From Felis catus (Eukaryota), in contig NC_058368.1 in NCBI RefSeq assembly GCF_018350175.1, positions 58,654,001 to 58,718,000 on the forward strand: a stretch of 64,000 nt of DNA, given 5' to 3'. The translations under genes were made by a program, and so were the position numbers. Positions 12,854 to 25,632 of the stretch are shown piece by piece. The notes beneath the pieces were generated by a model, which was given only the letters and a program-made list of their open reading frames with translations, was not told where the DNA came from and made no database searches. Each line of letters starts with the position of its first letter. Positions within the stretch are counted from its first letter, which is position 1.

Positions 12854-14254
12854 TTTTTTTTTTTATGAAATTTATTGACAAATTGGTTTCCATACAACAC
12901 CCAGTGCTCATCCCAAAAGGTGCCCTCCTCAATGCCCATCACCCACCCTCTCCTCCCTCCCACCCCCCATCAACCCTCAGTTTGTTCTCAGTTTTTAACA
13001 GTCTCTTATGCTTTGGCTCTCTCCCACTCTGACGTTTTTTTTTTTTTTTTCTTTTTTTTTCCTTCCCCTCCCCCATGGGTTCCTGTTAAGTTTCTCAGGG
13101 TCCACATAAGAGTGAAACCATATGGTATCTGTCTTTCTCTGTATGGCTTATTTCACTTAGCATCACACTCTCCAGTTCCATCCACGTTGCTACAAAAGGC
13201 CATATTTCATTTTTTCTCATTGCCACGTAGTACTCCATTGTGTATATAAACCACAATTTCTTTATCCATTCATCAGTTGATGGACATTTAGGCTCTTTCC
13301 ATAATTTGGCTATTGTTGAGAGTGCTGCTATGAACATTGGGGTACAAGTGGCCCTATGCATCAGTACTCCTGTATCCCTTGGATAAATTCCTACCAGTGC
13401 TATTGCTGGGTCATAGGGTAGGTCTATTTTTAATTTTCTGAGGAACCTCCACACTGCTTTCCAGAGCGGCTGCACCAATTTGCATTCCCACCAACAGTGC
13501 AAGAGGGTTCCCGTTTCTCCACATCCTCTCCAGCATCTATAGTCTCCTGATTTGTTCATTTTGGCCACTCTGACTGGCGTGAGGTGATACCTGAGTGTGG
13601 TTTTGATTTGTATTTCCCTGATAAGGAGCGACGCTGAACATCTTTTCATGTGCCTATTGGCCATCCGGATGTCTTCTTTAGAGAAGTGTCTATTCATGTT
13701 TTCTGCCCATTTCTTCACTGGGTTATTTGTTTTTCGGGTGTGGAGTTTGGTGAGCTCTTTATAGATTTTGGATACTAGCCCTTTGTCCGATATGTCATTT
13801 GCGAATATCTTTTCCCATTCCGTTGGTTGCCTTTTAGTTTTGTTGGTTGTTTCCTTTGCTGTGCAGAAGCTTTTTATCTTCATAAGGTCCCAGTAATTCA
13901 CTTTTGCTTTTAATTCCCTTGCCTTTGGGGATGTGTCGAGTAAGAGATTGCTACGGCTGAGGTCAGAGAGGTCTTTTCCTGCTTTCTCCTCTAAGGTTTT
14001 GATGGTTTCCTGTCTCACATTTAGGTCCTTTATCCATTTTGAGTTTATTTTTGTGAACGGTGTGAGAAAGTGGTATACTTTCAACCTTCTGCATGTTGTT
14101 GTCCAGTTCTCCCAGCACCATTTGTTAAAGAGGCTGTCTTTTTTCCATTGGATGTTCTTTCCTGCTTTGTCAAAGATTAGTTGGCCATACGTTTGTGGGT
14201 CTAGTTCTGGGGTTTCTATTCTATTCCATTGGTCTATGTGTCTGTTTTTGTGCC
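12854..14254 (-). mobile_element. Young 5'-truncated felid LINE-1 (L1_Fc-like)
   Basis: Perfect 16-bp TSD agacaagcacattctt (12838-12853 / 14255-14270), poly-T tail, retained CpGs, uninterrupted ORF2 frame. Confidence 0.98.
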
Positions 14255-14285
14255 AGACAAGCACATTCTTGATTGGTTTAGGCAT
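13095..14285 (-). pseudogene. Open C-terminal part of L1 ORF2p (396-aa ORF; first ~10 codons from flank/TSD)
   Basis: [25 protein letters not shown], cysteine-rich [18 protein letters not shown]; no EN or RT core. Confidence 0.93.
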
Positions 14286-15064
14286 CTTGAGTCAGAGTGG
14301 AAGGGTCGCAAGTAGATTCTCAGGGTGCCTCGCCTACCCCTCAGGCACTGTTTCCCACAGGACACTGTCATGCCTACACCATCCACTCCATTTCAATGTA
14401 TGCTTCTATGATATAACTTGTGAGTGTTTGGAAGACTTTCAAGAAGTTTGGCCATACTTTATGTAATCGTCAAATTCTATTCGAATAGAAGTTTTGTCTA
14501 TATAAGGCATGGCTCAATGTCTTTTACCTGCTTGTCACATAAACTTCAGTGTCTTAAGGCATGGAAGGTAAATGTCAATCCCAGTCAATTTGGTTTGGGA
14601 ATCTGATGGGATTTCACAGACTTTAATTATGTTAATTTTGCACAATGACACCACAACCCTTAATTCTCTTTTGTAAAGACTCAACTGAGACTAGGTATGG
14701 ATCAGTTGAAACCAATTATTGCCTTTGACAATAAAAATTGAGGAGCCATCAATAAATCACTCAGCATCTCTAGTATTTAAGGACAGTACCACCTAGGAGA
14801 TTAGCTTCCAAGATCCTCTTGGTGTCCTTATCTGTTAGTAAGCAAGTGCTCTTTCCTAGAGACTTTCTCTAGTAAGGCAGCCAGAATTTCCAGAAAAAAA
14901 TACAATTTTCATGATGTTGGACTGTGCCTTAATCTACCCATGCCACTTCACTTAAAGGGGATCTTATATGTCCATCTACTTTATGGCAACAAAAAACTCA
15001 TTTCTAGGAAGTCTGAGTAAGCACAGTTATTTGTATATAATATATTTTTAAGTATAATTACTTG

Positions 15065-15253
15065 AATACTTTCTATGCTCAGCTACTAAGATATGAAAGC
15101 TTCAATTTGATTAATCCTCAAAGTAATCCTGTAAAATAAGTACCATTATTATCACCCTTACAGATGATGGTTCAGAAAAGTTAATTGCCTTAAACTCATA
15201 TAGTCGGTAAAATTTAGAACTGGAATTAAAATCCAGGACTACTGAGTCTGAGA
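15065..15253 (-). mobile_element. MIR SINE
   Basis: taatcctca..aatcctgtaaaataag..attattatcacccttacagatga..gaactggaattaaaatccagg. Confidence 0.75.
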
Positions 15254-16639
15254 TGCAAAGTAGAAGAGGAATCCGGGATATCTCTTTGGAAGAGCAGGTC
15301 CCACTAGGAAAACAGAGATGTGAAGAAAGCCTAATCTGGTCACTAGTAGCTTTTGTACAAGCACCACACTGGAGGAAGTTTAAAAAGACAAATTTAAGGG
15401 AAGAGTTAGGAGGGCATTGCAGTAAGGGGACCTTGGGCTACTCTCATTCCTGGAACACAGCTAGATCAACATCAAATCACTTTGAACACCTAGGAAATCA
15501 ATATGAAGATGAAGAGAACATTCTGAATAATTTGAAGGAGAGAATGTGGCAGGTACACGGTGTGGACAGGGGATTTGGGAGAGAAAAAAGCCCCGGCGTC
15601 ACAAAGGGGTGGAAGTCCTTTTTGTGTAGAGAAGGCACAAGGGGGAGAGAGAGCAGCACATTGGGTTCACACAAGGGAAATACTCTCACAAAACCATTAA
15701 TGGGGGCATCATAAAGAAGTGACTACTGCAAGTTTTTGCAAACACTGGAGCTGAAATTCTGAGTGTTTGGTAGTCTGTATTATTCATTGGAGTGCAACCT
15801 GGGGAGTGGGGGCAGCAATACTCCTAGGGAGAAGGAGAGGAAACCTGGAGTGGATAGACAGCATGGTGTGGGGATCCCTTGGGTGGCACTGGGAGAGAAA
15901 GGTCCCCTTCTTGGAGTGCATTTGGAGAAGGATATATTGCCTCTCTAAGGACAAAAGATCCAGCTGGTTCCTTTGAGTGGCTGTTCAACAACAAGGGACA
16001 GAGGCATGAGCAGAGGGCAGATAAAGTGGTTACAGTTTTTCACTGTGCTTCTTCATAAACTCCAGGCACCTTCATGGCCATGAGACTGCTTTTCTGGGAC
16101 AGAATAGCCCAGGCACAGCGCTGAGAGGCTCTCCTCCAGAGGAGGGGAGTGGGTCCATGCCTTGCCAGACTCTTTAAGATTTGGAGTTTTAAATTCCAGT
16201 GGTACGCCAGAGATAAAACACAGGAAAGCTGTGGTGCTGAGCATGTCAATGGCCCAGGCACAGAAAGGTTGAAGGCAGGGATCTAATGGAAACCTGGGAC
16301 ACAGGAGTGGAGATTGCTTGTCTGTGAGGGATACCTGAACAGCAGCAGGCGCCAGGTCCCCTACCCAGCAGTGAGAGAGTGGGTTGATGCCATCTTCTCC
16401 CACCCACCAGAGCAGTCAGACTCCAGCAAACAGCACAGTGCCCAGGTCGAGGCTGGAGCTGCTTACACCAAACCTCACCCTCCTGCACTCTCAGGGACAT
16501 CTTTACAAGGGCAGGTCTGATTGTGAACCAGCCAGTGGAACTCTCCCCCAGAAAGCCAACACAGTCCCTCCCTGCCCCCATGCATCAAGTCTATTCATCA
16601 CAGAGTGCTTCAAAGCATCAGCTTCAGTTCTGGTGGAAA

Positions 16640-16994
16640 TAGGACCAGGCTTGTTTTTGTTGTTGTTGTTGTTTGTTTGTTTGTTTGTTTGTTTTTCTTT
16701 CTTTTTCTTTGTGTTTTGTTTGTTTGTTGCTTGTTTTTGTTTTTTTTTTTTATCAGGCTTACAGTTTTTAATTCATTTGTTTTTGTTTTGTTTTGTTTTG
16801 TTTTCTTTTTTTTTAGATTGGGTTTTTTTTTTCCTTTCTTTCTTTTGTTCTTGTCTTCTGTTTTGCTTTCTTTTTTTGGGGGGGGATCAGGCTTATAATT
16901 TTCAGTATGTCCATTTGGTTGTTTTTTGTTCCATTTTCTTTTTCTTTTATTTGGATCAAGACTGTTTGTTTGTTTGTTTGTTTGTTTAAATCAG
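16640..16994 (+). repeat. T/GT-rich tandem region in L1 5'UTR punctuated by CAGGCTT
   Basis: CAGGCTT at 16646, 16754, 16888, 16992 separated by (GTTT)n/T tracts. Confidence 0.85.
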
Positions 16995-17225
16995 GCTTAT
17001 TTTAACATACAGATCAAAGCACACCTAGTTAAAGGTCTAAACACTCCTCACTGCAGGCTAGGAGGAACTCTGCATAGAACTAACTGGGGATAGAGCAGGC
17101 AAATTACAACAGCAGTAGAGTGCAGACACAGAATACATTAGAAACACTTCCTGAAGTTCCAGGCCCTGAACAGTGTATATTTAACCCCTTCTTAAGTAGC
17201 ATTACACTCAGAAGCAGGAAACATA

Positions 17226-17434
17226 GGGGTGCCTGGATGGCTCAGTCAGTTGAGTGTCCAACTTCAGCTCAGTTCATGATCTTGTAGTTCATAAGTTTGA
17301 GCCTCGTGTTGGGTTCTGTCCTGAGCACTCAGAGCCTGAAGCTTGCATTGGATTCTGTGTCTCCTCTCTCTGCCACTCCCCCCACCCATGCACTCAGTCT
17401 CTCTGTCTCTAAAATAAACATTAAAAAAAAAAAA
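17226..17434 (+). mobile_element. Can-SINE inserted in L1 5'UTR
   Basis: 15-bp TSD agaagcaggaaacat (17210-17224 / 17435-17449). Confidence 0.95.
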
Positions 17435-18717
17435 AGAAGCAGGAAACATCACAAGTTTTCATGATATGCAAAAGAAAGCAAGCTAGACAAAATGACAAGA
17501 TGGAGGAATTCTCCCCGAAAGAAAGATTAAGAAAAAACCACAGGCAGGGATTTGCTCAAAGGAAATGTAAGTAATATATCTGAACAAGAATTTGGAACAA
17601 CAGTCATCAGAATACTAGCTTAGCTTGAAAAAAGCATAAAAGACTCCAGAAAAACCCTGGCTACAGAAATAGAAGACCTAAGAACTAGTCAGGCCAAAAT
17701 AAAAAATGCTATAACTGAGATACAAAATTGATCTAATTGGATGTAATTACAAGGAAGATGGAAGAAACACAGGATCAAATGGGTGATATAGAAAATAAAA
17801 TTGTGGAAAATAATGGAACTGGGAAGGAGAAGGAAAGAAAATATTGTGTCAAAAATACTGACTTAGGAAAATCAGTGATTCTATAATGTGCAATAATAAC
17901 CATATCACAGGAGTGTCAGAAGAAGAGCGGGAAAAAGATACAGAATGTTTATTTGAAGAGATTATAGCTGAAAACTTCCTAATCTGGGGAAGGAAACAGG
18001 CATTCAAGTCCAAGAGGCACAGAGAACTTTCCTAAAAATCAATAAAAATAGTCAACACCAAGACATATCATAGTGAAACTTGAAAGATACAAAGATAAAG
18101 AGAGAATTCTGAAAACAGGTAGGGACAAAAGCTCCTTAACCTATAAGGGTAGATGCACAAGGTTAGCAGCAGATGTGTCCACAGAAACTTGGCAAACCGG
18201 AGTGAGTGACATGATATATTCAGCGTGCTAAATGGAAAAAAAAAATATGCAGCCAAGGATCCTTTATCCAGCAAGGCTGTCATTCAGAATAGAAGGAGAG
18301 ATAAAGAGTTTCCAAGACAATCAAAAACTAAAAGACTTCATGAACACTAAACCAGCTCTGCAAGAATTATTAAAGGGGACGCTTTGAGCAGGAAAGAAAG
18401 ACTAAAAGCAACAAAGACTAGAAAGGAACAGAGACAATTTACAGTAACAGTGACTTTACCCAGGTACACAATGGCACTAAATTCATATCTGTCAATAATT
18501 ATCTGAATGTTAATGGACTTTACTCTGAATGTTAATGGACTAAATGCTCCAATCAAAAGACAGAGGGTATCAGAAAAAAGACCCATCAATATGCTACTGA
18601 TAAAATTATCATTTTAGACCCAAAGACACCTCCAGATTGAAAGTGGAGAACCATTTATCATGTTAATGAACATCAAAAGAAAGCTGGAGCAACCATACTT
18701 AGACCAACCAGATTTTA

Positions 18718-18933
18718 TTTTTTAATTTCTTTAGTGTTTGTTTATTTTTGAGAGAAAGAGAGAGACAGAGTGTGAGCAGGGGCAGGGGAGGCGCAGAGAG
18801 AGAGGGAGAGACACAGAACTCGAAGTAGGCTCCAGACTGCATGCTGTCAGCACAGAGCCTGATGTGGGGCTTGAACTCACAAACTGTGAGAAGGGGATGA
18901 AGTTGGATGCCTAACTGGCCACCCAGGTGCCCC
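18718..18933 (-). mobile_element. Can-SINE inserted in L1 ORF2 endonuclease region
   Basis: TSD agaccaaccagatttta (18701-18717) / agacaaactagatttta (18934-18950). Confidence 0.95.
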
Positions 18934-21900
18934 AGACAAACTAGATTTTAAAACAAAGAATGCAATGAGATGAATAAGGGCACTATATGATAATAAAGGG
19001 GTCCATCCAACAAGATAATCTAACAATTGTAAATATTTATGCCCCCAAATTGGAAGATGACAAATATAAAAATCAATTAATAACAAACTTAAAGAAACTC
19101 TTCCATAATAATACAATTGTAAGGGACTTTAACACCTCATTTACAGCAATGTACAGATCATCTAAGCATAAGATCGACACAAAAACAATGGCTTTGAATG
19201 ACACACTGGACTGGATGGACTTAACAGTTATAGTCAGAGAATTTCATCCTAAATCAGCAGTATACACATTCTTTTCAAGTGCACACAGAACATTCTCCAG
19301 AATAAATCACAAACTGGGTCACAAATCAGGCCTCAACCAGAATAAAAAGATTGAGATCATACCATGCATATTTTCAGACGACAACACTATGAAACTTGAA
19401 GTCAACCACAAGAAAAAATTTGTAAAGATCACCAATACATGGAGATTAAAGAACATCCTATTAAAGAATGAATAGGTTAATCAGGAAATTAAAGAATAAA
19501 TTAAAAAAAAAACATGGAAGTCAATGAAAATAAAAACATGACAGTCCAAAACCTTATGACAGCAAAGGCGGTCATAAGAGGAAAGTATTTAGCAATTCAG
19601 GATTTCCCCAGGAAGCAGAGAAAAGTCTCAAATACACAACCTAAACTTACACCTGAAGGAGCTGGAAAAAGAACAGCAAGTAAAGCCTAAAGCCAGCAGA
19701 AAGGAAATAATAAAGATTAGAGTAGAAATAAATGATATAAAAAAAAACCAGTAGAACAGATCAATGAAACTAGGAGCTGATTCTTTGAAAGAATTAACAA
19801 AATTGATAAACCCCTTGTCAGACTTATCAAAAATAAAAGAGAAAGGACCCAAATAAAGTCACCAATGAAAGAGAAGGGATTACAATAAACACCACGGAAG
19901 TACAATTATAAAAGAATATTATGAGCAATTATATGACAACAAATTGGGCAATCAAGAAAAAAAATGAGTAAATTTATAGGAATATATAAATTACCAAAAC
20001 TGAAACAGGAAGAAATAGAGTATTTGAACAGAATCATAACCATTAACGAAATTGAATCAATAATCAAAAGTCTCCCAACCAACAAGAGTCCAGGGTCGAT
20101 GGCTTCCCAGAGAAATTCTACCAAAAAATATAAAGAATTAATACCTAATGTTTTTTAACTTTTCCAAAAAATAGAAATGGAAACTTTTGAACTCATTTTA
20201 TGAAGCCAGCATTACCTTGATTCCAAAACTAGACAAAGACCCTACTAAAAAGGAGAATTACAGACCAATATCCCTGATGAACATCTATGTAAACATTCTC
20301 AATGAGATACTAGCAAATCAAATCCAACAATGCATTAAAAAGAATTATGCACCATGATCAAGTGGGATTTATTCCTGGACTACAGGGATGGTTCAATATT
20401 TGCAAAATCAAACAACCTGATAAACCACATTAATGAAAGAAAAGATAAAAACATATGATTCTCTTAATAGATGCAGAAAAAGCATTTGACAAAATACAGC
20501 ATCCTTTCTTGATAAAAACCTTCAAAAAACTAGGAATAAAAGGAACATACCTAACATCATAAAAGTCATATATGAAAGGCCCACAGCTAATATCATCCAC
20601 AATGGGGAAAAACTGAGAGCTTTTCCCCTAAGGTCAGGAACAATAGAGGGATGTCCACTCTCACCACTGTTGTTCAACATAGTAATGGAAGTCCCAGCCT
20701 CAGCGATCAGACAGCAAAAAGAAATAAAAGTCCTCCAAATCAGCAAGGAAGAAGTCAAACTTAGCTATTTACAAATGACACAATACATGGAAAACCAAAA
20801 GATTCCACCAAAAAATTGCTAGAACTAATTCACAAATTAACAAAGTCACAGAGGATATAAAATCAATGTGCAGAAATCTGTTGCATTTCTATACACCAAT
20901 AATAAAGCAGCAGAAAGAGAAGTCAAGGAATTGATCCCATTTACAACTGTAACAAAAGCCATGAGATACCTAGGAATAAAACTAAGCAAAGAGGTAAAAG
21001 ATCTGTATTCTGGAAACTATAGAACACTTATATAAGAAATTGAAGGAGACACAAAGAAACAGAAAAACTTTCCATGCTCGTGGATTGGAAGAACAACTAT
21101 TGTGAAAATGTCTATATTACCCATAGCAATCTACACACTTAATGCAATGGAGCCACAACTATATGGGATTCAACTCATCTTTGACAAAGCAGGAAAGAAT
21201 ATCCAATGGAAAATAGCCTTTTCAACAAATGATGTTGGGAAAATTGGACAGCAACATGGAGAAGAATGAAAATGGACCACTTTCTTAACACTATACACAA
21301 AAATAAATTCAAAGTGGATGAAAGACCTCAATGTGAGACAGGAAACCATCAAAATCCTAGAGGAGAATATAAGAAACAACTTCTTTGACCTCAGCTGTAG
21401 CAACTTCTTACTAGACATATCTCTAGAGGCAAGGGAAACCAAAGCAAAAATGAATTATTGGGGCTTCATCAAGGTAAAAAACATCTGCATGGGGAAGGAA
21501 ACAATCAACAAAACTAAAAGGCAACTGATGGAATGGGCAAATATATTTGCAAATGATACATAGGATAAAGTGTTAGTATTCAAAATCTGTAAAGAACTTA
21601 TCAAACTCAACATCCTCAAAATAAATAATCCAGTTAAGAAATAGTGAGAAAACTTGAATAGACACTCCTCCAAAGAAGACATATAGATGGCTAGCAGAGT
21701 CATGAAAATATCTTTAACATCATTCATCAGGGAAATACAAATCAAAACCATAATGTAATACCACCTCACACCTGTCAGAATGGCTAACTTTAACAATTCC
21801 TGAAACAACAGATGTTGGCAAAGATGTGGAGAAAGGGGAACCCTCTTACAGTGTTGGTGGGAATGCAAGCTGGTGTAGCCACTCTGGAAAGCAGTGTGGA

Positions 21901-23206
21901 GGTTCCTTAGAAAGTTAGAAATAGCACTACCCTATGATCCAGCAATTGCAGTACTAGGTATTCATACAAAGGATAAAAAAGTACTGATTCAAAGGAGCAC
22001 ATGAACCCCCATGTTTATAGCAGCACTATCAATAATAAGCAAATTAGTGAGATAAAATGGAAATATGGAATGGAATATAAGTCATATATATATATAATGG
22101 AAAAAATATATATATAATAGAATATTATTCAGCCATCAAAAAGAATGAAATCTTGCCATTTACAACAATGTGCATAGAATATGAATGTATTATGTTAAAT
22201 GAAATAAGTCAGAGAAAGAAAAATGCCATATGATTTCACTCATATTTTGAATTTAAGAAACAAAACAGATAAACATACAGGAAAGGAAGGAAAAATAAGA
22301 TAAAGACAGAGAGAGGGGCAAAATGTAAGAGACTCTTAACTATAGAGAACAAACTAAGGGTTGCTGGAGGAGAGGAGGGTGAGGGAATGGATTAAATGAG
22401 TGATGGGCATTAGGGAGGGCACTTGTTCGGATGAGCACTGGGTGTTACATATAAGTGATAAATCACTAAATTCTACTTCTGAAACCAATACTACACTCTA
22501 TGTTAACTAACTTGAATTTAAATAAAATCTTGGGAGGAAAAAAAGTCAAATTATTTTACTTTACTATTTTGTTTACCTGGATTTATTAACCTGCTGTTAA
22601 TTCTGTAAGTTTGAAATTATTAAAATCAAGTTGAAATCTTATTTGAAGTCAATTTATTAAATGACATCTTATTTTGTATTCCTTACCACCTCCTCACTGG
22701 AACAAATTTCTTGGTGTTTATTAAACTTTCTACATAGGACATAGGCTTTTGTTTCTTAGTTTTACCATTATTGTCAGGTGGCTTCTGTTTTTTAACAACT
22801 TAATAGGTAGATGAAATAGTTACATAAATACAAGGCATTATTAGAAGTTATAACGCTAATGATAAAGATATACACAGGTCGCTGTGGGTATTGGAGATGC
22901 AGTTCCTTACCCAACCATGGCGCTATGATTCAATCAGGAAATTAAAACACTGCTCTATTCTTTCACATTGTTTTTTTAATAATCATGAGTATATGTTAAA
23001 ATGAAGTTTTACTTAATGTACTTAAAGGCTTAGAATCCAAAACTCTGGAAGGCTATAGATTAGGTAAAAAGGTTTAATTTCATTAAACAGCTTAAATGAA
23101 TACAGAGCAAATTTATTGCTAAATAGGTTCTAGTCTTTGTGCAAAATTAGAAGATTAAACCAAGGTTGTACTATAGTTTTCTAGCTTTAGAACTATTGCT
23201 GAATAT

Positions 23207-23306
23207 GGGGTACCTGGCAGCCTCAGTTGGAAAATGATGTGACTGTTGATCTTGGGGTCGTGAATTTGAGCCCCATGTTGGGTGTATAGAGTTCTTAAAA
23301 AAAAAA
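23207..23306 (+). mobile_element. Short tRNA-derived Can-SINE without CT tract
   Basis: ggggtacctgg..ctcagttgg..gatcttggggtcgtgaatttgagcccca, A tail; TSD actattgctgaatat / actgttgctaaatat. Confidence 0.85.
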
Positions 23307-23832
23307 CACTGTTGCTAAATATGCATTTTCCACTGTCAATCAAATTGTGTGTTATTTCATTTAAAGAGTCCTTGGAAATATAATGCTTCTGGTGAAAGCC
23401 TTCTACTCGTGCAATCTAGTATTTATGGAATAAACAAGTGACAGGGATTGGTTAACACTGTCATTATGCTTTCTTTCTGCATGGGCTCTGAAATTATAGT
23501 TAGTTGATTAGACTGAGAAGACTTAAAATGTCAGAAAGACAAACTGAGGGAATAACAACTCAAGAGATACCAGACCACAAATTAAGGTGTATGCAGTTTG
23601 TCATAGTGTGTAATTGAGGGCACCTGCTCACTGAAAAATGACAACTTTGCCAAAACTAGAAGTAATAGTCTATGTAAGGACCTTTTTGATACAGCAAAAC
23701 ACAGGACAGCAATAGCAGAAGAATAAGCAATTTTCTGTCTTAAGCTATCTGGCTGTATAATCTTTTCCTGGTAAAGAATCTGGCATGCATACACTTCTCC
23801 ATTGAAAGACACTTAGGTTGTTTCCATATCTT

Positions 23833-23855
23833 TTCTTTTTAATGTTTTATTTATT

Positions 23856-23894
<39 letters not shown>

Positions 23895-24054
23895 ATTAGT
23901 GGGGGAGGGGCAGAAAGAGAGGGAGACAGAGGATCTGAAATGAGCTCTTCCCTGACAGTAGCGAGCCAGATGCAGGGCTCCAACTCAAGAACTGTGAGCT
24001 TATGACCTGAGTTGAAGTCAGAGGTTCAACCGACTGAGCCACCCAGGTGCCCCC
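23833..24054 (-). mobile_element. Can-SINE
   Basis: 15-bp TSD ttgtttccatatctt (23818-23832 / 24056-24070). Confidence 0.95.
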
Positions 24055-24218
24055 ATTGTTTCCATATCTTGACTATTATAAATAATGCTGCAATGAACAC
24101 AGGAACATAGATACCACTCTGAGGTATGGATTCATTTCCTTTGGTTATATACCCAGAAGAGGGAATGCTGGATCATGTATATGGTAGTTAACTTGTTTTT
24201 TAAACAACCTCCACAGTA

Positions 24219-24450
24219 GGGGCACCCGGGTGGCTCAGTTGGTTGAGCATTGGACTTCGGCTCAGTTAATGATCTCATGGCTCGTGAGTTGGAGCCCTGC
24301 CTTGGGCTCTGTGCTGACAGCTCAGAGCCTGGAGCTTGCTTCATAGTCTGGGTCTCCCTCTCCCTGTCCCTCTCCTGCTCATGCTGTCTCTCTCTGTCTC
24401 TCAAAAATAAATGAAAATTTAAAATTTTTAAAACAAATTAAAAAAAAAAA
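24219..24450 (+). mobile_element. Can-SINE
   Basis: Full body; TSD aacctccacagta / aacctccacacta. Confidence 0.95.
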
Positions 24451-25459
24451 AACCTCCACACTATTTTCCATAATATCTGAACCAAGTTACATTCCACCAA
24501 CAGTGTGTGTCCAAGGGTTCAACACAGATGAAGCTGGAGGGCATTATGCTAAGTGAAATTAGCCAGATACAGAATAAAAATATTACCTGATCTCATTTAT
24601 ATGTGTAATCTGAAAAAGTCAAATTCATAGAAGCAGAGAGTAGAATGGTGGTTTCCAGGGATGGGGAGGTGAGAAAAATGGAGATATGTGTCAAAGAGTA
24701 CAATATTTTAGTTATGTAGGATGAATACATTCAGAGATCTAAGGCATGACATGGTGAAAGGAGTTCTACACAGGAAATTTTCTTAGAGAGTAGATCTCGG
24801 GTGCACAGTAATGGTGAGAAATGGACATGTTAATTAACTTAATGATTAAATAATAACATATATAACATTCTCCATCTGGTATAAAAAGAATATCATAACT
24901 ATTAATAATACTGCTATTATTTTTGTCATTATTGCCATGTTTTTACATTGGTAATAATTATTAACAAAGTAGTAACCAGAAGTAGTTACCAGATTATCTT
25001 TAAGTTTGATTCAGCATTTTGCCTGCCTAAAATCTCATAGAAAAAATGAGGCTATTAATTGTGTGCTTGCCTGAGATTCTCCTTTTATACTTACAAAACT
25101 ATCTGTATCAAAATAAAACCTGTATGTGCAAATTTCCTACATGTTCCTTGTTCTTTTTTTTTCTCAGTCTAGAATTTCAAATGATTTCACTGAAAAATAT
25201 CATCCATTATTTCAGAAAGTACAAGCACCTTAGCTTTTATGTAATTCTCATAATTCTTGGATTCTCTTCAAGGTACATTTTTTACCTCCTTTCATTCTTC
25301 AAACTTTTGACCTCACTTTTAGGTTTTATTCTCTCTAGTCCTCTTTCTTCCAGTTGACCATTCTCTCCAGTCTGTTTTGTTGGCTCATCATACAATCATC
25401 CAGTTAAATACTGGTGTTTTGGAATGTAGTAATCTTTTCTCTCTTCTTGTTTTTCTTTA

Positions 25460-25632
25460 TGCAGTTATCCTTAATATTTTCTGGAAACACTATTCTCTAT
25501 AGAATTTTTCAAGTAATTTGCTTGATCCTCATTCTCAGAGATTTTTATTTAGTAGCTTTTGGATAGTGCTCCAAGAAGTAGAGTTCCAAAAGCCCCATTA
25601 AGTCATTGATATTCAACCAAAGTTGAGAACCA
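25460..25632. mobile_element. MER5-like relic within L2-like sequence
   Basis: ctcagagatttttatt..caaagttgagaacca end motif. Confidence 0.45.

Larger units (their letters stand above)
15397..22539 (+). mobile_element. Full-length but decayed carnivore LINE-1 with long unspliced 5'UTR
   Basis: TT/AAAA site and 13-bp TSD aaaaagacaaatt (15382-15394) / aaaaagtcaaatt (22540-22552); ORF1 ATG ~17492; ORF2 EN/RT fragments (18987..19475 etc.); internal ORF2 deletion near 21148; aataaa at ~22521. Confidence 0.96.
23798..24860. mobile_element. Old L1MA-type 3' end with 5' inversion (antisense 23798-24520, sense 24521-24860)
   Basis: Antisense ORF2 end (gacacttaggttgtttcca..cattccaccaacagtg) joined directly to sense gagggcattatgctaagtgaaa..atagaagcagagagtagaatggtgg. 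Confidence 0.85.

Noticed and set aside
13933..14466. 177-aa plus-strand ORF
   Set aside because: Antisense frame of L1 ORF2; similar frames recur in the other L1 copies (4794.., 21170..).
15253..16989. ORFs of 153 aa (15253..15714) and 201 aa (16384..16989)
   Set aside because: They lie over the L1 5'UTR; the F/L/C/V-rich tail is translation of T-rich repeats.
23207..23306. tRNA gene-like A/B boxes (also 39230-39346)
   Set aside because: A tails and TSDs mark them as short tRNA-derived SINEs, not tRNA genes.
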